Assembly: GCA_031426255.1 (NCBI GenBank)
Contig: JANPKW010000004.1
Span: 26,886 to 90,885 of the forward strand
Source of the DNA: Gemmatimonadaceae bacterium
GTDB taxonomy: Bacteria; Gemmatimonadota; Gemmatimonadetes; Gemmatimonadales; Gemmatimonadaceae
Length of the DNA: 64,000 bases
Direction: 5' to 3'
Under the pieces are notes generated by a model. That model made no database searches. It saw only the letters and a program-made list of their open reading frames with translations, and was not told the DNA's origin. This document shows positions 18,270 to 27,237 of the stretch, in pieces. Made by a program: the position numbers and the translations under genes. How positions within the stretch are numbered: position 1 is the first letter of the stretch; each line of letters opens with the position of its first letter.

Positions 18270-20756
18270 ATGCCAATACCTGCCACGCCCCCGGTCGGAT
18301 CTGCCCAGCTCAATCAGAACGCGCGGACAGTCATCGAAAAGCGCTATTTGATCAAGGATGCCAAGGGCAAGCCGACCGAGATGCCGGAGAACATGTTCTG
18401 GCGCGTGGCTAGTGTCGTAGCTGAGGCTGATCGCCGGTACGGGGCGAGCGACGAAGCAGTGAATGCGACGGCTACGGAGTTCTATCAGCTGATGACGGAG
18501 CGCCGCTTCGAGCCGAATTCGCCCACGCTCATGAATGCGGGCCGTCCGCTCGGCCAGCTTTCCGCGTGTTTCGTGCTGCCAGTTGAAGATTCGCTCTCCA
18601 ACGGCCAGAACGGCATCTATGACACGCTGCGCTCTATGGCGCTGATCCATCAGTCTGGTGGCGGGACGGGCTTCAGCTTCTCGCGCCTGCGCGGGACCGG
18701 TTCGATGGTGCGGTCGACGACGGGAGTCGCGTCAGGCCCGGTATCGTTCATGAAGCTGTACGACGCGTCGACCGATGCTGTGAAGCAGGGGGGAACGCGC
18801 CGCGGTGCCAACATGGGCATCCTGCGCGTGGATCATCCGGACATCATGACGTTCATCAACTGCAAGGAAGACCTGACGCAGATCACGAACTTCAATATCT
18901 CCGTCGCGGTGACGACTAAGTTCATGGAAGCCGTGAAGTCAGGCTCCAGCTACGATCTCATCGAGCCTTCGAACGGGGCCGTCGTCGGGCAGATGGATGC
19001 GCGCGAAGTCTGGGACAAGATGATCGACGGTGCGTGGCGCACGGGCGAGCCGGGGTGCTTCTTCATCGACGAGGCCAATCGCTACAATCCGGTTCCGCAT
19101 GTTGGCGCATACGAGGCGACCAATCCGTGTGGCGAGCAGCCGCTGCTCGCTTACGACGTCTGCAATCTCGGGTCGATCAACATTGGCTACTACGTTGCCG
19201 ACGGACTGCTGAATTGGGATGCGCTGGCCAAAGACATCCACACGTCAGTGCGGTTCCTCGACAACATCATCGACGTCAACAAGTACCCGCTCCCGGAAAT
19301 CGACGCGCTTTCGAAGCGTATCCGCAGAATCGGATTCGGAGTCATGGGCTTTGCTGACGCCCTCGTGAAGCTTGGTATCGGCTACAACACTGAAGACGGG
19401 ATCGAGTTCGGCCGCAAGCTGCAGGAGTTCGTCGATGTCGAGTCGAAGCGCGAGAGCGAGCGGCTTGCTGACGAGCGTGGTCCGTTCCCTGAGTGGGCGC
19501 GCTCGATCTGGGGCCCCGACGAGACGTGCGCCCGCGATGCAGACGGCAAGCGCATCAGGCCGATGCAGATGCTTCGCAACTGCAACGTCAACACGATTGC
19601 TCCGACCGGTACGATCTCGATCATCGCTGGATGCTCGTCGGGAATCGAGCCGCTGTTCGCCGTTGCCTTCATGCGCAACCAGGCTGGCGTGATGATGCCC
19701 GACGTGAACGAGGATTTCCTCGCTATCGCCAAGGCTGAAGGCTGGTACTCCGACGAGCTGATCGAGAAGATCGCGAAACAGGGGCACATTCACTTCGATG
19801 AAGTGCCTGCAAAGTGGCAGCGTGTGTTCGTCACTGCTCACGACATCACTCCCGAGTGGCACGTCCGCATGCAGGCCGCGTTTCAGGAGAACTGCGATTC
19901 TGCAATCTCCAAGACGACAAACTTCTCGCACGCCGCGACCCGCGACGATGTGAGAGCGATCTACGAGCTGGCGTATGACCTGAAGTGCAAGGGCGTCACC
20001 GTTTACCGTGACGGCTCGCGTGACAATCAGGTTCTTTCCACTGGCGCGACCGACAAGGCGAAGGCAGAGCGCGACGGGACGGATGCGCGTGGCGAGGTGG
20101 GCGATCTGAAGGGCACGATCACCGAGCTCGAAGCTGAGATTTCGAAGCTGCGCAAGGATCTGTTCGACGCCGAGGCAGAGAATCTTCAGCGTCGGCAGAA
20201 GCGAGCGCGCCCCGATTCGCTGCGCGGGACGACGTCCCGCATGGAAACACCGCTCGGCACGATGTTCGTGAACATCACTGAGGATGATCGCGGCCAGCCA
20301 TTCGAGGTGTTCATCAACCTCGGCAAGGCGGGCGGCGCGGCGATGGCCGACGTGGAAGCTATCGGCCGCCTGATCTCGCTGGCGCTGCGTTCGGGCATCT
20401 CGATCCAGGCAATTCACCGCCAGCTGCGCGGCATTGCATCGGATCGCGCAATCGGACTCGGACCAAACAAGGTTCTGTCGGTGCCGGATGCGATTGGCAT
20501 CGCGCTCGAGTCGTGGATGCGCCAGAAACAGGGAGTACAGCAGGAGCTGCTGCGCGCCGAATCGTCAGCGCCGGAAGTGGCACACATCTCCGCTCCTGCG
20601 CCCGTCAGCGCAGCCGGCTCGCAGGGTCAGTATGAATTCGAGAGTGTCAATCGTGACCAGTCGTTCATGGCGACGTGCCCTGATTGCGGATCACAGCTCG
20701 AACAGGCAGAAGGTTGCTCGAAGTGCCACGTCTGCGGCTTCTCTGAGTGCGGCTGA
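18270..20756 (+). CDS. nrdJ: Adenosylcobalamin-dependent (class II) ribonucleotide reductase with fused TSCPD-like domain and C-terminal zinc ribbon
   Basis: PNSPTLMNAG, QLSACFVL, QGGTRRGANM, TNPCGEQPL, CNLGSIN, IAPTGTIS, KGVTVYRDGSR, C-terminal CPDC...CSKCHVCGFSECG. Confidence 0.97.
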   Translation: MPIPATPPVGSAQLNQNARTVIEKRYLIKDAKGKPTEMPENMFWRVASVVAEADRRYGASDEAVNATATEFYQLMTERRFEPNSPTLMNAGRPLGQLSACFVLPVEDSLSNGQNGIYDTLRSMALIHQSGGGTGFSFSRLRGTGSMVRSTTGVASGPVSFMKLYDASTDAVKQGGTRRGANMGILRVDHPDIMTFINCKEDLTQITNFNISVAVTTKFMEAVKSGSSYDLIEPSNGAVVGQMDAREVWDKMIDGAWRTGEPGCFFIDEANRYNPVPHVGAYEATNPCGEQPLLAYDVCNLGSINIGYYVADGLLNWDALAKDIHTSVRFLDNIIDVNKYPLPEIDALSKRIRRIGFGVMGFADALVKLGIGYNTEDGIEFGRKLQEFVDVESKRESERLADERGPFPEWARSIWGPDETCARDADGKRIRPMQMLRNCNVNTIAPTGTISIIAGCSSGIEPLFAVAFMRNQAGVMMPDVNEDFLAIAKAEGWYSDELIEKIAKQGHIHFDEVPAKWQRVFVTAHDITPEWHVRMQAAFQENCDSAISKTTNFSHAATRDDVRAIYELAYDLKCKGVTVYRDGSRDNQVLSTGATDKAKAERDGTDARGEVGDLKGTITELEAEISKLRKDLFDAEAENLQRRQKRARPDSLRGTTSRMETPLGTMFVNITEDDRGQPFEVFINLGKAGGAAMADVEAIGRLISLALRSGISIQAIHRQLRGIASDRAIGLGPNKVLSVPDAIGIALESWMRQKQGVQQELLRAESSAPEVAHISAPAPVSAAGSQGQYEFESVNRDQSFMATCPDCGSQLEQAEGCSKCHVCGFSECG

Positions 20757-20781
20757 TCTGAGCGCTTTTCCGCTGAACCAG

Positions 20782-20808
20782 AAAGAGCCCGCCACGGCGG
20801 GCTCTTTT
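20782..20808 (+). terminator. Rho-independent terminator after nrdJ (possibly bidirectional)
   Basis: AAAGAGCCCGCC-AC-GGCGGGCTCTTT perfect inverted repeat with A-tract before and T-tract after. Confidence 0.9.
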
Positions 20809-20823
20809 GTTAGTGGTGATGTG

Positions 20824-20857
20824 AACTGCAACTGCAACTGCAACTGCAACTGCAACT
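20824..20857 (+). repeat. (AACTGC)5 AACT hexamer microsatellite
   Basis: Five exact AACTGC copies plus a partial copy, read directly. Confidence 0.97.
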
Positions 20858-20865
20858 AAAATTTG

Positions 20866-21026
20866 GGAGTTGGGTGAGGGGAAATACGAGGGGCGTGAGG
20901 GCCTCCGAAACGCCTATAGGTGTGAGCGGATTTCCGTCGGTTCCCTTTTTTTGTTTTTGAACGACGCAACGGCGTGTTTCATTCGGGAGGGAAACTCACG
21001 CCTCTCGCGACCACTCACCCCACTCC
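20866..21026. repeat. Imperfect inverted-repeat (REP/REPIN-like) palindrome
   Basis: Left arm 20866-20899 GGAGTTGGGTGAG...CGAGGGGCGTGAG versus reverse complement of right arm 20995-21026 GGAGTGGGGTGAG...CGAGAGGCGTGAG. Confidence 0.8.
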
Positions 21027-21032
21027 TTTCCA

Positions 21033-21088
21033 GCTGTTGGGGTTCCGCTGTTGCGGTTCCGCTGTTGCGGTTCCGCTGTTGCCGTTCT
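21033..21088 (+). repeat. Four copies of a 14-bp tandem repeat (GCTGTTGCGGTTCC)
   Basis: Units start at 21033, 21047, 21061 and 21075; two exact, two with 1-2 changes. Confidence 0.95.
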
Positions 21089-21099
21089 GTAGTTCCGCT

Positions 21100-21669
21100 T
21101 CAGAACGTGAGATCGAGCACCATGTATATGTTGCTCCGTTGATGCTCTGCCTTCTCGAGCGGAACCTCACGGAAGCCGAGCGATTCGTAAAGGGTGATTG
21201 CAGGCGAGAGCACCGTATTAGAGTATAGCTCGACACGTGATGCACCTCTCAGCCTTGCGCGCTCGACTGCTGCGCTGCCGAGGCGCCGGCCAATTCCGCG
21301 GCCCTGCGCTGAAGGATCGACCGCCATCTTCGCCAGTTTGAAGACCGATGGGCTTTCTGCAAGCAGGGCGCACACACCCACGACATCGCGACCCGCGAGG
21401 GCAACGAAGATGTAGCCCCCGTCGGCCAGGATGGCGGCAGGGTCATCGAGTAGCGTGCGGTCGGAATCTTCAACGACGAAATACTTCTCGATCCACGCCA
21501 GATTGAGCGATTTGAAGGCGGACCGGTGTGATGGCGCGTAGTCGGCGATTACGACGGCCTCAGTCTCGGAAATCACGGTAGCTCCATGTTTGACGAGGGA
21601 CGAAACAACAATTTGCGCTGAAGGGAGAGTCTGCGGGGCCGGCCCGCACGAAGAAGGTGTCGGTCGCAT
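21100..21669 (-). CDS. GNAT family N-acetyltransferase; real start probably downstream of 21669
   Basis: LNLAWIEKYF, VVGVCAL, LAKMAVDPSAQGRGIGRRL (acetyl-CoA motif A), AITLYESLGF. Confidence 0.9.
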   Translation of the reverse strand: MRPTPSSCGPAPQTLPSAQIVVSSLVKHGATVISETEAVVIADYAPSHRSAFKSLNLAWIEKYFVVEDSDRTLLDDPAAILADGGYIFVALAGRDVVGVCALLAESPSVFKLAKMAVDPSAQGRGIGRRLGSAAVERARLRGASRVELYSNTVLSPAITLYESLGFREVPLEKAEHQRSNIYMVLDLTF

Positions 21670-21786
21670 GCATATGTGGCTTGAATGAATTTGCGGACTT
21701 CAGTCTCAGCCCCACGGGGGAGCGGGCCCTCTTGCGAAGTCCTGCGAAATGTGACTCCGTTTAGTGACTCTCATTCAGGCCAAATT

Positions 21787-21978
21787 ATGGATCCAAGAAA
21801 GCTTGCCGCGCTCGCGAAGAAAAACGCCGCGAAGTCCGGCAGCTCGTCATCCGTACCGAAACGCTTCGGGAAGAAGTACGACGCCAATCTCAAGGATGTC
21901 CCGCAGGATGAAGCGTCGCTCAAGCAGCAGCAGGAAAGCGACAGGTTCTTCGCCGAGATGAAGAAGCGCGACTTCTGA
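21787..21978 (+). CDS. Small hypothetical protein (63 aa)
   Basis: ATG at 21787, GC3-rich codon usage like neighbouring genes, stop 19 nt before the next gene. Confidence 0.65.
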   Translation: MDPRKLAALAKKNAAKSGSSSSVPKRFGKKYDANLKDVPQDEASLKQQQESDRFFAEMKKRDF

Positions 21979-21996
21979 TAACGGAGGGCAGGGCAG

Positions 21997-22389
21997 ATGC
22001 ACCGGTTGATCATCGCTTTCTTGCTGAGCCTCCTGATTGCCGGCTGCGGATCTGGCCCGGCGCCCAGTTCCGGCCTTGGCTATCGCAACAGGACAATCCT
22101 CACTCTCGAGGAGATACGTGACTCGCGCACCAGCGAGTCCAGTGCGTTCGAGCTGATTCAGAAGATGCGCCCGGAATACCTGCGGTCGCGCGGCTCTTCC
22201 TCGCTTCGCAACACGACGCCGGTTACCGCGGTTGTATACGTCGACGACATTCGCTACGGCGAGCTCGACTCCCTGCGTACCATGAGCGCTGACCAGGTAT
22301 TTCAGATCCAGTACCTGAGCGCCTCCGACGCGACCACTCGTTTCGGAACCGATCACCTCGGCGGGGCTATTCTGATCACGACCAAGTAG
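21997..22389 (+). CDS. Lipoprotein resembling a stand-alone TonB-receptor plug domain
   Basis: GGAGGG RBS, lipobox LIAG-C, plug-like features (TLEEI, SAFELIQKMRP, VVYVDD, IQYLSASDATTRFG, GGAILITTK). Confidence 0.8.
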   Translation: MHRLIIAFLLSLLIAGCGSGPAPSSGLGYRNRTILTLEEIRDSRTSESSAFELIQKMRPEYLRSRGSSSLRNTTPVTAVVYVDDIRYGELDSLRTMSADQVFQIQYLSASDATTRFGTDHLGGAILITTK

Positions 22390-22459
22390 ACCCGGAAGCC
22401 CTCCTCCGGGAGGCACCGAAACCTCCGCGCGGTTAGAATTGAGGTACGGAGGGTTACCG

Positions 22460-23590
22460 GTGACAAGCAGGCTTCAAAAGTTACAGGACGAGGGCCAGTC
22501 AATCTGGCTCGACAACATCGATCGCCAGATGCTGCACGACGGCGCGCTCGAGAAACGCATTCTCGAAGACTCGCTGACTGGCATGACGTCGAATCCGACA
22601 ATATTCGAGAAGGCTCTGGCCGAGGGCGCCCACTACGATGAGCAGCTGTCAGCTACAGCGGCGGGCCTTTCTCCACACGATCTCTTCGAGCTCGTAGAAA
22701 CCACTGACGTCCAGCGTGCGTGCGACCTCTTCGCCGGTGTGTACTCTGGCACGCGGGGAAACGACGGCTACGTATCGATCGAAGTTTCGCCCGGCGTCGC
22801 GCACGAGAGTGCAGCGACTGTCGAAGAAGCGAAACGACTGTGGGCAACGGTCGATCGACCCAACGTGATGGTCAAGGTACCAGGGACCGAGCAAGGGACG
22901 CTCGCTGTCCGTGAGCTTATCGCCGCAGGGATCAACGTCAACATCACTCTCCTTTTCGCGGTCGATGCGCATGACCGGGTGATTGACGCATACATGTCGG
23001 GCCTCGAAGATCGAATAGCCACCGGCAATCCTGTTGATCATGTCGCATCGGTTGCCAGCTTTTTCGTTAGCCGCGTCGACACTGAGATCGACAAGCGTCT
23101 CGACGCGATGGTCAAGGCAGCTAATCCGTCAGACAGGGATCGGCTGAAGATGTTGAAGGGCCGCTCAGCGGTCGCGAATGCGAAACTCGCCTACCGGCTT
23201 TTCCAGCGCCGATTCTCCGAGGACCGATGGAAGCGTCTCGAGGAGCGCGGTGCACGTGTGCAGAGACCCTTGTGGGCCAGCACGAGCGTGAAGAATCCTG
23301 CGTACCGCGACGTCATGTACGTCGAGGAGCTGATTGGGCCCGACACTGTGAATACAATGCCACCCGGTCTCATCGACGCCTTCCGCGACCACGGCGATGT
23401 TCAGCGCACGCTGGATAAGCGACTCGGGGCCGCCGAGGGCTTGCTGCGCGAGATCGAAGCGGTGGGGATTTCCATGAAGGACGTAACTGATACGCTTCTC
23501 GTCGAAGGGCTCGCGAGTTTCCAGAAATCTTTCGATTCGCTCACTGCTGGTATAGAGCGCAAGATGAGTCTCCTCTCAGTACCGAAGTGA
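22460..23590 (+). CDS. tal: Transaldolase
   Basis: GQSIWLDNI, GMTSNPTIFEKA, GYVSIEVSP, NVMVKVP (Schiff-base Lys), SFFVSRVD, QRPLWAST. Start placed at GTG 22460 after GGAGGG. Confidence 0.96.
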   Translation: MTSRLQKLQDEGQSIWLDNIDRQMLHDGALEKRILEDSLTGMTSNPTIFEKALAEGAHYDEQLSATAAGLSPHDLFELVETTDVQRACDLFAGVYSGTRGNDGYVSIEVSPGVAHESAATVEEAKRLWATVDRPNVMVKVPGTEQGTLAVRELIAAGINVNITLLFAVDAHDRVIDAYMSGLEDRIATGNPVDHVASVASFFVSRVDTEIDKRLDAMVKAANPSDRDRLKMLKGRSAVANAKLAYRLFQRRFSEDRWKRLEERGARVQRPLWASTSVKNPAYRDVMYVEELIGPDTVNTMPPGLIDAFRDHGDVQRTLDKRLGAAEGLLREIEAVGISMKDVTDTLLVEGLASFQKSFDSLTAGIERKMSLLSVPK

Positions 23591-25005
23591 CCGGCACCTA
23601 CATTCAGCGCACAAAGATCGTCTGCACGCTGGGGCCTTCGAGCTCCACTGAAGATGGGATTCGCGGGCTTCTGGAGGCGGGGATGAACGTCGCCCGCCTG
23701 AATTTTTCTCACGGGACTCACGCACAGCACTCGGAAACGATCGCGACGCTGCGAAAGCTGTCCCGGGAGCGCTCGCATCCAATCGCGATCCTCGGCGACC
23801 TCCAGGGACCGCGCATTCGAGTTGGCGATATTCCTGGTGAGATTCACGTGCAGCAGGGCGAAGATCTGATCCTGGTGCACGAAGGGCTGGAAGAGGAAGG
23901 CGAGATCCCGATTACGTACGATGCGCTTGCGAGCGACGTACACGAGGGCGATCGCATCCTCATCGATGACGGGCTCATCGAGCTGATTGCGATGGAGGTG
24001 CGGCACCCGCGCGTAACTGCGCGGGTACTTCATGGCGGGACGATCAACCCGCATAAGGGACTGAATCTTCCGGGCGTGCAGGTGTCGGCACCATCGATCA
24101 CTGAAAAGGATGTTGCAGACGTTCAATTCGCCATCGAGCAGGATCTTGATTATCTGGCGCTCAGCTTCGTGCGTCGTGCAAAGGATATCGAGCAGCTGCG
24201 AGCCATGCTCCCGAAGGGCCTGCTGATCATTGCGAAGATCGAGAAGGATGTCGCGCTGACGAATATCGAGAGCATCATCGAGGCTTCCGATGGTGTCATG
24301 GTCGCGCGAGGCGATCTTGGTGTGGAGCTTCCGTTTGAGGAAGTGCCCGGTGCGCAGAAGCGAATCATTGCGCTGGCCAACCTCATGGGCAGACCGGTAA
24401 TCACCGCAACGCAGATGCTCGAGTCGATGGTGGAGAATCCGCGTCCGACTCGGGCAGAAGCGAGCGATGTCGCCAATGCCATACTCGACGGCACTGATGC
24501 CGTCATGCTCTCGGCAGAGACTGCGGCAGGCGCGTATCCGCGCCTTGCTGTCGAGGCGATGCGCCGGATAATCACACAGATCGAGATGCACCCGCCGGTG
24601 ACTCGCGGGCCGCGCAGAATTCCGCGGGATTCGGAAACCGCGGTGGCAACGGAAGTGGCGATTGCCGCGGCGACGACTGCAGCAGTGGGGATGCTTCATG
24701 CACCACTGGTTGTGGTTTTTACAAAGAGTGGCTTCTCCGCTCGTGTCGTTGCTGCGCACCGGCCTGGTGTGTCGATTCTGGTGTTGACTGACCAGGCGCG
24801 CACATACCGCCAGCTGGCGCTCGTGTGGGGCGTCATTCCCGAGCTTGTCCCCCACTGCGACACTTATGGTGAAATGATGGATCGTGCTCGCGAGGTTGTG
24901 GTACGCCGCACACTCGCTAACCGGGGTGACAGAATTGTAGTCACCGCGGGCGTACCGTTCGATACTCCTGGAACGACAAACCTCCTTAAGGTAGAAACGG
25001 TGTGA
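23587..25005 (+). CDS. pyk: Pyruvate kinase
   Basis: TKIVCTLGPSS, ARLNFSHG, DLQGPRIR, IAKIEK, GVMVARGDLG, TQMLESM, PTRAEASDVANA. Confidence 0.98.
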   Translation: MTGTYIQRTKIVCTLGPSSSTEDGIRGLLEAGMNVARLNFSHGTHAQHSETIATLRKLSRERSHPIAILGDLQGPRIRVGDIPGEIHVQQGEDLILVHEGLEEEGEIPITYDALASDVHEGDRILIDDGLIELIAMEVRHPRVTARVLHGGTINPHKGLNLPGVQVSAPSITEKDVADVQFAIEQDLDYLALSFVRRAKDIEQLRAMLPKGLLIIAKIEKDVALTNIESIIEASDGVMVARGDLGVELPFEEVPGAQKRIIALANLMGRPVITATQMLESMVENPRPTRAEASDVANAILDGTDAVMLSAETAAGAYPRLAVEAMRRIITQIEMHPPVTRGPRRIPRDSETAVATEVAIAAATTAAVGMLHAPLVVVFTKSGFSARVVAAHRPGVSILVLTDQARTYRQLALVWGVIPELVPHCDTYGEMMDRAREVVVRRTLANRGDRIVVTAGVPFDTPGTTNLLKVETV

Positions 25006-25030
25006 CCGCGCGAGCCCCGCGCGCGCCGGC

Positions 25031-25810
25031 ATGAAGCTGACGTTTCTGGGCACTGGAACGAGTTATGGCGTGCCGCAGGTCGGATGCGGATGCGAGGTCT
25101 GTCGCTCGCCTGATCCGCGCGACAAGCGAACCCGGGTCGGCGCGGTTGTCGAAACTGACAGCGGCGCGAAACTTCTAATCGACACCCCGCCGGAGCTCAG
25201 GCTTCAGCTCATTGCCGCAGGAGTCGGAAGCGTTGACGCCGTGCTGTTCACGCACGACCACGCGGACCATTCTCACGGAATTGATGACATTCGGTCGTTG
25301 TCCGTGCGCCGAGCGGGACCGCTCGAGATGTATGGCCCGGCTGATTCTCTCGACCGGCTCGTGTTCAGGTTCCCGTACATATTCGACGAAAGTATCAGGC
25401 CGCTCCCCGGCACTTCAAAGCCAGAGGGGCGCGCCATTGCCCTCCGCGACAGGGAAGCCGTGCAGATTGCCGGAGTTGAAGTGCTTCCTGTTGCTGTGCC
25501 ACACGGACCCGTCACCGTATTTGGTTACAGGATCGGCAACCTTGCATACATCACTGATGCGAAGTCCATCTCCGACGATGTCGTAGACGCCCTGCGGGGA
25601 TCGACGGTGCTGGTCATCAACGCCTTGTTTCGCACGAGCCATCCGACTCACCTCAGCATACCAGAGGCAGTGCGGGCGTCGCAGGCGATTGGCGCGGAAC
25701 GAACGTATCTCACCCACCTGACCCACGACAATTTCCACGCTGATCTCGAGGCTGAGCTTCCGCGCGGAATGAGCCCTGCGTTCGACGGGCTCACCGTACG
25801 CATAGACTGA
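25031..25810 (+). CDS. MBL-fold metallo-hydrolase, PhnP/YcfH-neighbour-like
   Basis: FLGTGTSYGVP...C.C..C, LLIDT, THDHADHSHGIDD, AYITD, THLTH. Confidence 0.92.
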   Translation: MKLTFLGTGTSYGVPQVGCGCEVCRSPDPRDKRTRVGAVVETDSGAKLLIDTPPELRLQLIAAGVGSVDAVLFTHDHADHSHGIDDIRSLSVRRAGPLEMYGPADSLDRLVFRFPYIFDESIRPLPGTSKPEGRAIALRDREAVQIAGVEVLPVAVPHGPVTVFGYRIGNLAYITDAKSISDDVVDALRGSTVLVINALFRTSHPTHLSIPEAVRASQAIGAERTYLTHLTHDNFHADLEAELPRGMSPAFDGLTVRID

Positions 25811-25817
25811 GGTAAGC

Positions 25818-27197
25818 ATGACCATAAGGATTGATTACTCGAACATGATCGGGTCCGCGGTTGGCGGAATCGGTGAGGAAGAGTGGACCGCCGCGGGTGC
25901 GACATTCGCGAAGGCCCATGCCGGCTTTTCGAGACTTCGGGCCTCCGGTAAGGTTGGCTTCGCCGACATCGTGAGTGACAAGTCACTCGAGGATCAGGCA
26001 ACCGGGTTTGCGCATCGCGTCAAAGGCCGCTATACGGACGTTGTCGTTCTTGGTATCGGTGGGTCGGCGCTCGGGCCCATCGCGCTTCGCACGGCGCTTC
26101 GCCCGAGCGGGTGGAACATGCTTGGGGATGCGGCGAGAGCGGGACACCCGCGGCTTCATGTCCTGGACAATGTCGATCCCGTCACCATCGCTGCATTGCT
26201 CTCCCGGCTCGATCTTTCCGGCTCACTGTTCATCGTCACATCGAAGTCCGGTGGCACTGCGGAAACGATGTCGCAGTTCCTCATCGTGCACGACCGTGTC
26301 GCGGGTGCTGGTCTCGATCCAGCTGAACACTTTGTATTTGTAACTGATCCCACGCAGGGGGCACTGCGCCCACTTGCGGCGAGCACGTCGATACCCGCGC
26401 TGGACATTCCGTCACACGTCGGAGGACGATTCAGCGTACTGACCCCTGTCGGTACGCTTCCCGCGGCCCTGATGGGCATCGATGTCGCGCTCCTGCTCGA
26501 GGGTGCGCGCGACATGGTGGCACGATGCGACGACGCCAGTCTTGCAGGCAACCCGGCCGGTATTTACGCGATGCTCCAATGGCTCTCGAGCACACGCAAC
26601 GGCAAGTCGATAAACGTGATGATGCCGTACTCGGATCCATTGAGGGATTTTGCTGCATGGTTCATTCAGCTCTGGGCTGAAAGCCTTGGCAAGCAACGCG
26701 AGGACGGGTCGCACGTGGGGCAAACGCCGCTTCCCGCTCTGGGCGCGACAGACCAGCACAGCCAGGTTCAGCTTTTTATGGAGGGGCCTACTGACAAAGT
26801 CGTGACGTTCGTGGGGGTGAAGGATCGTGGCGTCGATGTCGCTATTCCCCACGGATTCAAGGAAGTGACCGAGCTCGGCTACCTCGGCGGGCATTCGCTG
26901 GCTGAGCTCATCGACGTCGAGCAGCGCGCGACGGCTGGTGCGCTCGCAAAGCGCGGCCGGCCGAATCTCACGATCGAGCTCGAGCGTGTCGACGCATGGC
27001 ACGTTGGCGGCTTCATCATGCTGATGGAGCTTGCAACTGCGTACGGCGGGGAGCTCTACGGAATCGACGCTTTCAACCAGCCTGGTGTCGAGCTCGGAAA
27101 GCACTTTGCGTACGCGCTTCTCGGACGACCGGGATCCGACGCTGCGCAGAAGGAGTGGGATTCATTACCCGCACCCGATCCACGGTGGAGCGTGTGA
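25818..27197 (+). CDS. pgi: Glucose-6-phosphate isomerase
   Basis: LGIGGSALG, TSKSGGTAET, VGGRFSVL, QLWAESLGK, GATDQHSQVQL, FNQPGVELGK. Confidence 0.97.
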   Translation: MTIRIDYSNMIGSAVGGIGEEEWTAAGATFAKAHAGFSRLRASGKVGFADIVSDKSLEDQATGFAHRVKGRYTDVVVLGIGGSALGPIALRTALRPSGWNMLGDAARAGHPRLHVLDNVDPVTIAALLSRLDLSGSLFIVTSKSGGTAETMSQFLIVHDRVAGAGLDPAEHFVFVTDPTQGALRPLAASTSIPALDIPSHVGGRFSVLTPVGTLPAALMGIDVALLLEGARDMVARCDDASLAGNPAGIYAMLQWLSSTRNGKSINVMMPYSDPLRDFAAWFIQLWAESLGKQREDGSHVGQTPLPALGATDQHSQVQLFMEGPTDKVVTFVGVKDRGVDVAIPHGFKEVTELGYLGGHSLAELIDVEQRATAGALAKRGRPNLTIELERVDAWHVGGFIMLMELATAYGGELYGIDAFNQPGVELGKHFAYALLGRPGSDAAQKEWDSLPAPDPRWSV

Positions 27198-27237
27198 TAC
27201 TTGCCTCTTGCCGCCGCTCCGGCGAGCTTCCGGCACT

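Noticed and set aside
18270-20756. Intein or intron in nrdJ
   Set aside because: Catalytic motifs are at normal spacing, the ORF is continuous, and no splice-junction or homing-endonuclease motifs are seen.
20434-20859. ORF ending in NCNCNCNCN
   Set aside because: It is an off-frame overlap of nrdJ, and the Cys-Asn repeat is just the translated AACTGC microsatellite.
21033-21088. 14-bp repeats (and the 19-bp repeats at 32262-32317) as CRISPR arrays
   Set aside because: The units are directly adjacent with no spacers, are too short, and no cas genes are in the window.
23401-25053. 550-aa minus-strand ORF opposite pyk; similar long shadows at 19245-20417, 29518-30831, 3238-4146 and 1111-2004
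   Set aside because: These are antisense shadows of well-supported genes, expected from GC3 bias in high-GC DNA. They have no motifs and R/S/P-rich composition.
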